Assembly: GCA_024742665.1 (NCBI GenBank)
Contig: JANSYA010000001.1
Location: 570,425 to 634,424, forward strand
Length of the DNA stretch: 64,000 bases
Source of the DNA: a bacterium
GTDB lineage: Bacteria > Spirochaetota > Leptospiria > Leptospirales > Leptonemataceae
Direction: 5' to 3'
The notes below the pieces were generated by a model. That model saw only the letters and a program-made list of their open reading frames with translations. It was not told the DNA's origin and searched no databases. Below are positions 55,515-64,000 of the stretch, one piece after another. Positions within the stretch are counted from its first letter, which is position 1. Every line of letters starts with the position of its first letter. The position numbers and the translations under genes were made by a program.

Positions 55515-55940
55515 TTACTGCTGCTGGTTTTGTTGAACTTGTTCGCTCTGTTCGACGTCGCCGGATTGCCGTTCGAGGGGCGGCTGTTCGTTCCCGGGCC
55601 GGGCGGCCTGATATCCGTCGCCGTCGCGGTCGCTATGGCCGAGATCGCGTTCCGGATCGATGCGATCGCGGACTAACTGTTTCAAATGTTTCAGCTCCGG
55701 AAAGCCGCCCGCCGCTTTGCGCGAGTAGATCAGTTCGCCGTCCAGTCGCACGTCGAAGGTGCCGCCCGTTCCGGGGACTAAAGCCACTTCCGCGAGTTCT
55801 GTGGGAAAGGTCGTCAACAATTCCTGGGCGGTCCAGCCGGCGCGCAGGAGCCAGCGACACATCGTGCAATACTCGATTTCAACGCGCGGCGAGCGGCGGT
55901 CGGAATTGGGAGCGGAACTTTCGTGCGGCGTTTCATTCAT
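55515..55940 (-). CDS. Rdx-family (SelW/SelT-like) thioredoxin-fold protein, Cys form
   Basis: 141 aa; VEIEYCTMCRWLLRAGW is the Rdx CxxC/CxxU redox motif (Cys in both positions, no in-frame TGA). Unusual Gln-rich C-terminal tail. Confidence 0.55.
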   Translation of the reverse strand: MNETPHESSAPNSDRRSPRVEIEYCTMCRWLLRAGWTAQELLTTFPTELAEVALVPGTGGTFDVRLDGELIYSRKAAGGFPELKHLKQLVRDRIDPERDLGHSDRDGDGYQAARPGNEQPPLERQSGDVEQSEQVQQNQQQ

Positions 55941-55976
55941 GGAGTGGGACTCAGGCTAAGTTAGATTGCGTGCATA

Positions 55977-57269
55977 TTAGAGAGATTGGCCGCCGCCGTT
56001 CGTATAAGAGTCCAGGCGCTGAAAACTTTCGCGAATCGCGTTCACGAAGGCGCCGCGGCCGAGAATAAAAGACGTAACATGCCCCATGTCGATCCAGTGG
56101 AGCTGCGAGCCCGGACGCAGATTGTGAGTGATCGCCGTCGAGTACGCGGGAATATAGGCGTCGCGACGACCGCCGACGATTACGCAGGTTTCCGGAGCCG
56201 GCGGCGGAGCGAGATGCCGCAGATCGGAAGCGTCGAGCACGTGGCCCAGGAGTTCGCGGGCGCTGTAGCGATCGGCGAAGGGATTGGTGCGTTCGAGGGT
56301 CTGCCAGTCGCAGCAGCTGCTGAGAATGCCTTCGGTATACACCGGCGAAGCGGAGTGCGATGGAATGCAGGCCGCCACCGCCAGGGGCTCCGGATGTCTT
56401 GCGCTGACTGCCAGGGCCATATAGCCGCCCATGCTCACGCCGGTAACGCCCAGGCGGCGAAAGCCCATTGTATGAAAGTATCGTAGCAATGCGAGGGCTT
56501 CGTCCTGAGCGGCGCGCGACATCTGCAGCAGCTCCTGGACCGTCGCGGAGTTGCTGCTATCGCGGCCGGGCATGCGGCGGCTGCCGTAAAAGGGATTTTC
56601 TAAGATCGCCGAAGCGATGCCGAGCTTGCTCAGCGGTTCGGCGAGGGCCATGCGCCGCCGTGCGAAACCCTCGTCGCCGGTGGCGGCGAAGTGCAAAACG
56701 AGCGGCGGATTTTCGACCTTTTTCGAAAGGGGCGGGAGGATCAGCTGGATTCGCGCTTCCTGAATCGGCTCCGGCAGAGTATGCACGATGCGTTCGTTTT
56801 TTGAGCGGGCGCCGCGATTCGATCCTCCGCCTCGTGGGCTCCACTCATAGCGGAAAGGGCTCTGGAATCGGCCGATTTGATGCGAGGGGCGGTCGGCGGC
56901 CGGCGTCGGCTCCGAGGACCAATCGATTTCGATCGACGGCACTTTTGCGGCCGGTCCGTGGTTCAGGCGGAGGGGGTCGGTCGACAGGATGTGTTCCAGC
57001 AGTTGGGGGTCGCCCCACCCATGGGAAAAAAAGGGCTTTCGGTTGGCCAGGGAGACGTAGAGTTTATCTATCGTGCGCACGTTAAGTGCAGCACTGTGCG
57101 GTATCGATTTTTCTTCAATTAAATCACGCCTTTCACGGATTTCTATTTTTCTACGGATAATCAGCCGGCCAGGAGCCCCGATGTTTTTTCGCGCAAAGCA
57201 GGAAGTATATGACGATTTGAGCAATCCGGATTCGCCCGAGAACAAAGAAATCCTGGCGACCTGGCGCAT
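55977..57269 (-). CDS. Alpha/beta hydrolase fold protein
   Basis: Nucleophile elbow GVSMGG in the context LGVTGVSMGGYMALAVSARHPE. The start is probably internal, since the long ORF overlaps the divergent kinase gene. Confidence 0.5.
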   Translation of the reverse strand: MRQVARISLFSGESGLLKSSYTSCFARKNIGAPGRLIIRRKIEIRERRDLIEEKSIPHSAALNVRTIDKLYVSLANRKPFFSHGWGDPQLLEHILSTDPLRLNHGPAAKVPSIEIDWSSEPTPAADRPSHQIGRFQSPFRYEWSPRGGGSNRGARSKNERIVHTLPEPIQEARIQLILPPLSKKVENPPLVLHFAATGDEGFARRRMALAEPLSKLGIASAILENPFYGSRRMPGRDSSNSATVQELLQMSRAAQDEALALLRYFHTMGFRRLGVTGVSMGGYMALAVSARHPEPLAVAACIPSHSASPVYTEGILSSCCDWQTLERTNPFADRYSARELLGHVLDASDLRHLAPPPAPETCVIVGGRRDAYIPAYSTAITHNLRPGSQLHWIDMGHVTSFILGRGAFVNAIRESFQRLDSYTNGGGQSL

Positions 57270-58473
57270 CGCACTGGCGGTCGGCCTGCTGGGGACCGTC
57301 GCAGGATTGCCCTCGGATCTGGAGAATATTCCGGAGCAGTATCACGCCGTGGCGTACGCCGTGCGCGGAACGCACCTGGTCTGTATTGTGGCTTTGCTGC
57401 TGATCGCCTGGATGCGCCCGCTGATCGTACTGAGAAATCATTCGAGTATCGCGGTGATCATCATCGGTTCGGTGTACGTTTACCTGACCTGGCTCGACGC
57501 GACTTCCGGCAATATTACGGGGTCCGGCTATCATCGTAGTTTGATTATGCCAAGCATCGCGCTGATGGTCTTTCGCCGCATGCGCCTCTGGATTCAAACC
57601 GGCGCGCTGGTCTTCGCGGTTGTGTACTACGGCGTGGTCATTAGTTATACATACGATCTTTCGCTTTTCGGCGAAAGCGAAGCCGAAAGAAAATTTCAGG
57701 ATATTTTAATGGATCTGACTCAGATTCATTTGATTTTGCTGCTGGTCTTTCGTCGCTACCGTACTTATCAGTATGAAGAGCTACGGCTGCGCGATCTGCT
57801 GAACCGCGCGAACGATGCGAAATCGGAAGTGATCGCCAAAGTCAATCATGAGTTGCACGTGCCCTTGCTTGGCATTCTGGCGAATCTGGACAGCCTGGAA
57901 CAAAAGATCGGCGACACGAACGAAACCGCGCGCGCGCGTCGGATTATTGATCGCACCCACAATTATTGTGTGTATCAAAAGACTCTAATCCATAATATGA
58001 TCTACGCTTCGGCCGCGGAAGGTCACGATCCCTTTTTTATCGATCGGGAAGATTCCGCCGGCTTGCGCGAGTGCTACGGTCGCTCGACGGATCTTGTGCG
58101 CGATATTCACGACGGAGAAATTCATACGGAAGAATTGCCAGACGTATTCGTCGCCTGTCAGAACGAAATTTTGATGATCGTGCTGGTCAATATTCTTTCG
58201 AACTGCGCCGAACATTCCAGTAATGTGCGAGTCTCCTGGGGTACGGAGGGCGGTCTCGTTGAAATGAAAACCGAAAACGATCTGGTTACGCCTCTGGACC
58301 TGGATGGGATCTTCGATAAGTGGACGACGACTCGCCAGGATAAAACCAAGCCGATCCTCGGCCTGGGATTGAATATCGCGCGCGATTTGATCCAGAAGAT
58401 CGGCGGCGACATTCAAGTTCGACAGGACGGACAGGTATTCTATCTTAATATGCGGCTGCCGATTTTGGCCTGA
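57181..58473 (+). CDS. Membrane sensor histidine kinase
   Basis: From MFFRAKQEV. About 6 TM helices, coiled linker, H-box VNHELHVPLLGIL, N-box NILSNCAEHS, G-boxes GLGLNIARDLIQKIGGDI. Confidence 0.8.
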   Translation: MFFRAKQEVYDDLSNPDSPENKEILATWRIALAVGLLGTVAGLPSDLENIPEQYHAVAYAVRGTHLVCIVALLLIAWMRPLIVLRNHSSIAVIIIGSVYVYLTWLDATSGNITGSGYHRSLIMPSIALMVFRRMRLWIQTGALVFAVVYYGVVISYTYDLSLFGESEAERKFQDILMDLTQIHLILLLVFRRYRTYQYEELRLRDLLNRANDAKSEVIAKVNHELHVPLLGILANLDSLEQKIGDTNETARARRIIDRTHNYCVYQKTLIHNMIYASAAEGHDPFFIDREDSAGLRECYGRSTDLVRDIHDGEIHTEELPDVFVACQNEILMIVLVNILSNCAEHSSNVRVSWGTEGGLVEMKTENDLVTPLDLDGIFDKWTTTRQDKTKPILGLGLNIARDLIQKIGGDIQVRQDGQVFYLNMRLPILA

Positions 58474-59123
58474 ATGTACGGCAGTCCATAGTGAATATCC
58501 AGGTCGATGATTGCGACTTGAGTCTGACCGATATAATCGCGAGTGCTGCCGAGAGGCGTCGTTTCGATTTGTAAAAAGCGATTCAGATAGGCATTGATTT
58601 GATCGTCGCTTTCGAGCAGCGCGATGCGTCCATTGTGAGGGGCGACCGCGCGAAAGAGATGCTTTACGATAGTCCGCATGATTTCGATTCCCACGCGCCA
58701 GCTATAGTTCTGCGCGACCAGGAATTCCGTGTCGACGCACATCTGGCTTACATGCCAGACGGACTCCGCCGGGACTCCCCGTTGATGGGCTATGACCGCC
58801 GGGTCGATGTGGAAAATCTTTTCGGTCGCCAGGCGCATATCCGGGCTCCACTGAGCCGCCCGCATCGCGCCCACAATGCGGCCTCCGGGAATGCGCGCTG
58901 CGATAAAAAAGCCGGTCGTCGCCAGGCTTTGCTCTTCTGAGAGCATAGTGCGATAATCCGCTTCCGACGGCCGCCATTGCTGCCGTTTGCCGATGCGTTT
59001 GACAAAATGGTTGAATACGAAATTCGTAAAGGATTCGATAGAATCTTTCCCGATTTGCAGATATTCTACGCCCTGACGTGCTTCGATGACGCGGTTCGCG
59101 GGGGGTGTGGGCAATGGGTACAT
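58440..59123 (-). CDS. Putative GNAT-fold N-acyltransferase (acyl-amino-acid synthase / OlsB / LuxI-like), tentative
   Basis: 227 aa. Pattern FVFNHFVKRIGKRQQW…EADYRTML…FFIAAR.PGGRIVGAMR resembles the VF…W / E.D.yD / hydrophobic-R core of acyl-ACP-dependent N-acyl synthases. Weak evidence. Confidence 0.3.
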   Translation of the reverse strand: MYPLPTPPANRVIEARQGVEYLQIGKDSIESFTNFVFNHFVKRIGKRQQWRPSEADYRTMLSEEQSLATTGFFIAARIPGGRIVGAMRAAQWSPDMRLATEKIFHIDPAVIAHQRGVPAESVWHVSQMCVDTEFLVAQNYSWRVGIEIMRTIVKHLFRAVAPHNGRIALLESDDQINAYLNRFLQIETTPLGSTRDYIGQTQVAIIDLDIHYGLPYIQAKIGSRILR

Positions 59124-59193
59124 TTTCGCATTCCTTCAGAGAAAAATTGGTTTTCGATTAATTGACTGACAGGAAACCTTTGTTAAGATTAGC

Positions 59194-59865
59194 TTGAGTG
59201 GAATTATGACGACGCAGCGGCCGTACAGAGTATATCTGATCGATGACGAAGTGATTGTGCGCGCCTGGCTGAAGGAGCGGATCGCCGAGGCGGAGGATCT
59301 GGAGTGTATCGGGGAAGCGCGAAACGGTCTCCATGCCCGGAACTTTCTGGAAGAATTTGATGGGGAAATCGATCTGGTCGTACTCGATCTGGCTATGCCC
59401 GAACGAGACGGTTTCGCCGTGCTCGAAGATTTGAGCCGTCTGCAGCCGCGAGCGCGAGTGCTGATTTATACGCAGCACCGGGATCCGGAATACGTTCGGC
59501 GAAGTAAAAAGTACGCTCATGGTTATATGCTCAAAGATGAGCCGGTCTCGCGGATCATGCCGGTCCTGAGGGATTTAATTCAGGGCGAAGCTTATTTTTC
59601 GCCCGGCGTCGCGGTGGCGCGCGAAGCTTCGCGTTCCGACCAGGTCGTTACGGATTTTCGTATGAAGCTCACGAAGCTTACGCCCAGCGAACGCGAAGTC
59701 GTGCTGTGCGCCGCTCGCGGGATGACCAGTCGAGACGCTGGAAAGTATTTGAATAAAAGCCATCGGACGGTAGAAGAGCAGCTGCGAAAGATTTACAAGA
59801 AGCTCGACGTTAATAATAAGGCCGAGCTGGCGCAGTTCGCGGTGCGTTCCGACCTGATCCAATAG
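59194..59865 (+). CDS. Response regulator, NarL/FixJ (LuxR-type HTH) family
   Basis: REC domain (LIDDEVIVRAWL…, phospho-acceptor context DLVVLDLAMPERDG). C-terminal LuxR HTH LTPSEREVVLCAARGMTSRDAGKYLNKSHRTVEEQLRKIYKKLDV. Confidence 0.85.
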   Translation: MSGIMTTQRPYRVYLIDDEVIVRAWLKERIAEAEDLECIGEARNGLHARNFLEEFDGEIDLVVLDLAMPERDGFAVLEDLSRLQPRARVLIYTQHRDPEYVRRSKKYAHGYMLKDEPVSRIMPVLRDLIQGEAYFSPGVAVAREASRSDQVVTDFRMKLTKLTPSEREVVLCAARGMTSRDAGKYLNKSHRTVEEQLRKIYKKLDVNNKAELAQFAVRSDLIQ

Positions 59866-60133
59866 ATTTTTTAATATCGGACAATAGATTTTTTCGGGCG
59901 CAAGTTAGCGGATTGCAAATTTTATAGATTATTGTAGTCCTTTAGTATTAGATCGGGGTCGATTCGGAAAATAATTCTGCTCACGTGTAGAGGCGTGCAT
60001 TTCGCGCAGTCGGAGTCGCGGCGGAACCGGCCGCATTTCGGGAATTGTTCTCGCGGTCCCGCGAATTTTTCGCGAACCTCCAGATCCCGGCCGGCGTCAT
60101 AATTGGACGCAGTCTGAAAATTTCAGGAAGAAT

Positions 60134-60652
60134 ATGAACATGCTGAATCATTTGAACGCTCAAAAAACGGAAGCTGTGAATTCGCCTTTCGCGCTCTCGC
60201 TCCCCGTCATATCCGGGATCAGACGCCTCCGGTCGCTCGGTCTGGCGACTCTCGCGATTTGCGCTTTCGTACTGTACGCTTCCGCCGGCGCCGGCGAAAT
60301 CAAAGCCGCCGCCGCTCCCGACGAAGAGAAAGAACTCACCGAAGCCGAAAAAATCGAGCTGTTGATTACGCGGGTCGCGAATTCAGGCGGAGTATTCGTG
60401 CGCAACGGCAGCGAACATTCCGCATCGGCCGCCGCCGCTCATATGCGGATGAAATACTCGCGGGCCGGGGGTTTGATCAAAACCGCTCGGAATTTTATTC
60501 AGCACATCGCGACGAAGTCGTCGATTACCGGCCGGCCCTATCTGATTCGATTTCCCGACGGTCGCGAATACAAATCCGCCGAATGGTTGCAGGCGCGCCT
60601 GGCGGAAATCGAGAGCGCGACCGCCGAAGAGTGCTGTTCGCTCAAACGCTGA
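60134..60652 (+). CDS. Secreted hypothetical protein (DUF5329-like)
   Basis: Signal peptide …LATLAICAFVLYASAGAG. Mature part has the LI.RV.NSGGVFVRNGSEHS…AHMRMKY…FIQHIATKSSITGRPYLIRFPDG…SAEWL pattern I associate with DUF5329. Moderate-low confidence. Confidence 0.35.
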   Translation: MNMLNHLNAQKTEAVNSPFALSLPVISGIRRLRSLGLATLAICAFVLYASAGAGEIKAAAAPDEEKELTEAEKIELLITRVANSGGVFVRNGSEHSASAAAAHMRMKYSRAGGLIKTARNFIQHIATKSSITGRPYLIRFPDGREYKSAEWLQARLAEIESATAEECCSLKR

Positions 60653-61253
60653 GAGCTTCGATATCGTTCGTGTTTTCGCCGTCCGGCGTGGAGGCGGCCC
60701 CGGCGTCAGCATCGGGCGGATTGAATTTCTGCATGGTCAGCACGAGATAGACGCGTCCGAGATATTTACGTTCACGACGATCGCGCAGAAAGAAAATCAT
60801 AATGTACTGCCGATAAATATTCGAGTCGATCGGAATCATCTTGTGATTCAGACTCTCCGGCGGAGTCAGCTCGACGTTGAAGCCGCCGTCCTGTAACTCG
60901 AATACGATATTCGAGGCCATCTGGTTGCTGAACTCTAAAATCACGGAGTCGGCCATGCCCTTCAGATTGGGATCGATCTGGTAGCGTTCCGCGATGCGCG
61001 GCAGCAGCTTCAGTTTCGTATAGCCGTCCATGCAGAAATAGATCTGGCCGTTTACGTCGCCTTCGAAGCCGATGCGCGAACAGCTTTCATAGCAAAGCCC
61101 TTCGTTCTTGGAAGGCCCGTAGGCTTCTTTGTCCGCGCTCAGAAACAGGTTCTCCTTAAAGAAGTCGGAGCAGACCCGATTGAGCGTCAGAATGATCTTT
61201 TCGTCGAGTAAGGGATCCATTTGAGTCGCGCGCGAATTAGTCCCGATTCGCAA
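60642..61253 (-). CDS. Hypothetical protein
   Basis: 203-aa ORF with no diagnostic motif. Overlaps its neighbours by a few codons on both sides. Confidence 0.3.
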   Translation of the reverse strand: MRIGTNSRATQMDPLLDEKIILTLNRVCSDFFKENLFLSADKEAYGPSKNEGLCYESCSRIGFEGDVNGQIYFCMDGYTKLKLLPRIAERYQIDPNLKGMADSVILEFSNQMASNIVFELQDGGFNVELTPPESLNHKMIPIDSNIYRQYIMIFFLRDRRERKYLGRVYLVLTMQKFNPPDADAGAASTPDGENTNDIEALSV

Positions 61254-63399
61254 ATTGACGGAAGACGACGGCGCCGCTCTGCACCGAGTCGTACTGGCGC
61301 AGGCGGTTGAGTCCGGTCTTCTCGCTTTGCTCTAAAGCCGTGCCGGCCTGGCGAAACCATTCGTAGGCCGAGGCGGGGCCCGCGCCGTCGTCGTTTAGCA
61401 GGGCGCAGCCCGCGTTGACGTCGACGGCTTCCTGCTCGCGCACGAATTCCAGAAATTCTCCCAGCCGGCGTTCCAGTTCTTCCAGCGGCAGCTCCGGTCC
61501 CAGGGCCGCGAAAACGTCGGCGGCGACGCGATACAAACGAAAGGGCGCGGCGAAAAAGGATCGCAGGCCCAGGCCGAAGAGGCGTCCGCTGTCGGGATTG
61601 CTGCGGCCGCGAAAGCGCAATAATATGAGCATGCGTCCGTTTTTAATTTCACGTTTCAGCGAGTATTCGTGCAGCAGATCGCGGTGAAAGCTGAGGCCGT
61701 TGCTTAAAGTACTTTCCGGATCACTTACGGCTTCTTCGAATACGCGCGCCTGGAACAGGCTTTCGCCGAATTTTCGAATCTCATACCAGGCCGCGCTGAG
61801 CGTTTCGGCGTTGTACATCGGCCGGTCCGATTTCATGCAGATCAATCCGAGAACTCCGGGCGTGCCCTGCGGTGCCTGACGACAGGGCACCGGAAAATAA
61901 ATTTCCCGGCCTTCTTCCATGACGACGTAGCGGCCGTCTTCCAGCTGCTTGACCAGGTGGTGCGCGGCCGGTTCCGAGCCGAGAGCGGCGCCGGAAATAA
62001 AAACGCTGCCGCTGCGGCGCAGGGTCGGATGAAAGCGCCCGCGCCGATTTCTTAAATACAGCGTCGCGGTTGCATGTGTCGCCAGGTCGGTCACCGCGGT
62101 CAAAAATCCCCGGGCAAAACTTTCGATATCCGCGATCTGTTCCGGATAACCCTGCTGCTCGTGAAAGCGATAATAACGAAAATCGAAAAGCGAGCTTTGA
62201 TTGTCGAAGCCGCGGCCCGCGCCCTTCGCTGCCGGCCAGAAGTCCAGATCTTCCGCCTGAATCTTCTGGCGTAGCGGTTGCATTACCGACTGAAAGCCCG
62301 GCAGGTTCCAGCGCTCCTGTTCGAATTCGTAGCGCGTCGCGTCGCGTTCCCCGGCTTCGGCCTCAAGGGCCGCGATCTTTTTGCGCAGGCTTTGTTCTTC
62401 GTGCGCATTTAGCGGAGCCTGGAAAACAAAATTCGCGGGATCGGAAAGAATCTGGAAGCGGCGTTCCCCCGCCGGTGAAAGCGACGGCGCGGGTTCCGTG
62501 GATTTTTCGACTCCCCCGGAAAAGTCGGATTCGTCGATGGCTTCCGACGGACTCTGGTGGAGCGCGTCTGCGGTTGTTTCGTCGTAGAGTTCCGCATCGT
62601 GTGATGCTTGCTCGTCGTCGTTCATTGACAGAGGACGATTCGGGTCCGGCCAGGTTTCGTCGGTGAATACAAGCCGTCGCGGACGCGATTTGTTTCGGGC
62701 GCGGCGCGCCAGAGGTTCCCGCAGGCTGAGCAAGACCATCGCCAGTCCCGCGATGATCGCCGCGCCGGCAATGTACGGAGCGGCCGCGTCGAAGCGCAAG
62801 TACGCCAGCCGCGATACGGAGTGGGGCACGCCGAAAAGATTGGAGAAGCGTCGCCCGCCCACATAGATCTGTTCATACGCGATCGTAATCGCGACTTCTT
62901 CGATTAGCTCCGGCCCTTTGAGGATTTGTACGGGAAAGGTTTTATAATAATAGCGGCCGAAGCTGCCCAATTCGGGCGCGCGGGCTCCGGCTTCGGCCAT
63001 CTCCCTGGCGATGATCGCTTCGCGCGCGACTCGATCTTCCAGTTCCTGAACGTTGCCGAAAGTGATGCGGCCCGCGTCGTACGAACGATGAATCGAAACG
63101 CCGCCCCGGGATTCAATGCGCAGATAAGCCAGCTCGTACTTATCCATCAGGGCCTGGCCGGCGGAGTACAGCCGACCGGCGTTGTTCTGGTAGTCCTGGA
63201 AGCTCTTACGAACGTCCATCAGCAGGCGGTCCGTCGGCGGATGGCGGTCCGCGGCGGGGCTGATGGGGAGATAGTTGGAGAGTGCGAGGCCCGGCGTGCC
63301 GTACATCGCCATCGCCCCGAATAGCACCAGCGCGCAGCCGCCGGCCAGGCCGGTGGCTATCAGAGCTGTGCGCAGTCGTTTGCGTGTGCCTGTCTTCAC
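61237..63399 (-). CDS. Membrane-anchored hypothetical signalling protein (two TM segments; C-terminal degenerate GGDEF-like region?)
   Basis: 720 aa. N-terminal TM, periplasmic-like ~200 aa, second TM, acidic linker, then a C-terminal ~350 aa in which …MLILLRFRGRSN… occupies the position of a GGDEF motif. Weak. Confidence 0.35.
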   Translation of the reverse strand: MKTGTRKRLRTALIATGLAGGCALVLFGAMAMYGTPGLALSNYLPISPAADRHPPTDRLLMDVRKSFQDYQNNAGRLYSAGQALMDKYELAYLRIESRGGVSIHRSYDAGRITFGNVQELEDRVAREAIIAREMAEAGARAPELGSFGRYYYKTFPVQILKGPELIEEVAITIAYEQIYVGGRRFSNLFGVPHSVSRLAYLRFDAAAPYIAGAAIIAGLAMVLLSLREPLARRARNKSRPRRLVFTDETWPDPNRPLSMNDDEQASHDAELYDETTADALHQSPSEAIDESDFSGGVEKSTEPAPSLSPAGERRFQILSDPANFVFQAPLNAHEEQSLRKKIAALEAEAGERDATRYEFEQERWNLPGFQSVMQPLRQKIQAEDLDFWPAAKGAGRGFDNQSSLFDFRYYRFHEQQGYPEQIADIESFARGFLTAVTDLATHATATLYLRNRRGRFHPTLRRSGSVFISGAALGSEPAAHHLVKQLEDGRYVVMEEGREIYFPVPCRQAPQGTPGVLGLICMKSDRPMYNAETLSAAWYEIRKFGESLFQARVFEEAVSDPESTLSNGLSFHRDLLHEYSLKREIKNGRMLILLRFRGRSNPDSGRLFGLGLRSFFAAPFRLYRVAADVFAALGPELPLEELERRLGEFLEFVREQEAVDVNAGCALLNDDGAGPASAYEWFRQAGTALEQSEKTGLNRLRQYDSVQSGAVVFRQFANRD

Positions 63400-63490
63400 T
63401 CGACTATTAACGGTCGAGAAAGCTTCACGCGGCAGAATTTTTTTTGGACGCCGGCGGAGCGCCCCGGCCCGAATTGTTTTCGAATCGAGC

Positions 63491-64000
63491 TTATTGCTTT
63501 TTCTTGTTCATCGCGTCGAGCAGCTGCTGTCCGAAGCTGGACGTGCCGCTGGCGATGTCGTCTTTTTGCGATTCCATGTATTCTTCGTACTCGGCGCGGC
63601 TGTCTGCCTCGGCCACTTTCGAATAGGACAGGGAGATGCGCTCGCGCTCGCGATCGATGCGGGCGACCATGACCCGAATTTCCTGACCGCGTTCGAAGGC
63701 CGATTCGATGCGCTGGCCGCGCGGAACGCCGCTTTCGGACATGGGAATCAGGCCCGTGAAGTTGTCGGTCAAACGCACGAAGGCGCCGAAGTCTTTCAGG
63801 CTTTCAATGGTGCCCGCGACGATTTCGCCTTCGCGGAAGGGCAGCTCGCCCTGCCAGGGGTTTTGCAGCATCGCGCGGCGCGAAAGCGTAATGCGATCTT
63901 CTTTCCAGTCGATGGCGATTACTTTCACGCGCACGCTTTCGCCGGTCTTAACCACCTGCGAGGGATGGTTAACGCGGGTGAAGTCGAGTTCTGAAATCGG
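63491..64000 (-). CDS. rpsA: 30S ribosomal protein S1, C-terminal part (5' end lies beyond window)
   Basis: S1-domain repeats: …FTRVNHPSQVVKTGESVRVKVIAIDWKEDRITLS… and GEIVAGTIESLKDFGAFVRL. The reading frame stays open to the window edge. Confidence 0.7.
   Translation of the reverse strand, partial: PISELDFTRVNHPSQVVKTGESVRVKVIAIDWKEDRITLSRRAMLQNPWQGELPFREGEIVAGTIESLKDFGAFVRLTDNFTGLIPMSESGVPRGQRIESAFERGQEIRVMVARIDRERERISLSYSKVAEADSRAEYEEYMESQKDDIASGTSSFGQQLLDAMNKKKQ

Noticed and set aside
55515-55940. Selenocysteine-containing Rdx protein
   Set aside because: Both motif positions are Cys codons and there is no in-frame TGA, so it was annotated as the Cys form.

Overview
High-GC (about 60%) bacterial chromosomal window, densely coding on both strands. 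A lone 5S rRNA gene, scattered lipoproteins and several Leptospira-like enzymes hint at a spirochaete-like organism; I do not claim a taxon.

Recognised housekeeping genes: gltX, asnS, glmS, nei, xseB, an rlmD/rumA-like RNA methyltransferase, psd, a fadA-like thiolase, and the 3' end of rpsA (cut by the window edge).

The most interesting system is a compact five-gene, same-strand biosynthetic cluster (13578-18839): type III polyketide synthase, ICMT-family membrane methyltransferase, acyl carrier protein, fatty acyl-AMP/CoA ligase and FAD-dependent oxidoreductase. This is the bpsAB/srsABC-type arrangement for methylated, hydroxylated alkylresorcinol or alkylpyrone phenolic lipids, here with its own starter-activation genes.

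Other notable items:
- An 821-aa lipoprotein built from five 258-bp tandem coding repeats.
- A phosphatidylserine decarboxylase fused to a roughly 430-aa polytopic membrane domain of unknown function.
- A Puu-like gamma-glutamylation operon (GS-like ligase, Fe-alcohol dehydrogenase, class I amidotransferase, aldehyde dehydrogenase), suggesting amino-alcohol or amine catabolism.
- A membrane-lipid neighbourhood: GDPD, flotillin-like SPFH protein, alkaline-ceramidase homologue, SCP2-type thiolase.
- A histidine kinase / GNAT-like acyltransferase / LuxR-type regulator / small secreted protein module.
- A secreted Zn-PLC/P1-nuclease-like protein clustered with an EcsC-like protein, a lipoprotein and a beta-barrel protein.
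- Several intergenic direct or inverted repeat elements, two of which duplicate the 3' ends of adjacent genes.
- Ala/Asp/Ser/Lys-rich low-complexity in-frame inserts in otherwise conserved enzymes.

No CRISPR array, IS element or prophage is evident.
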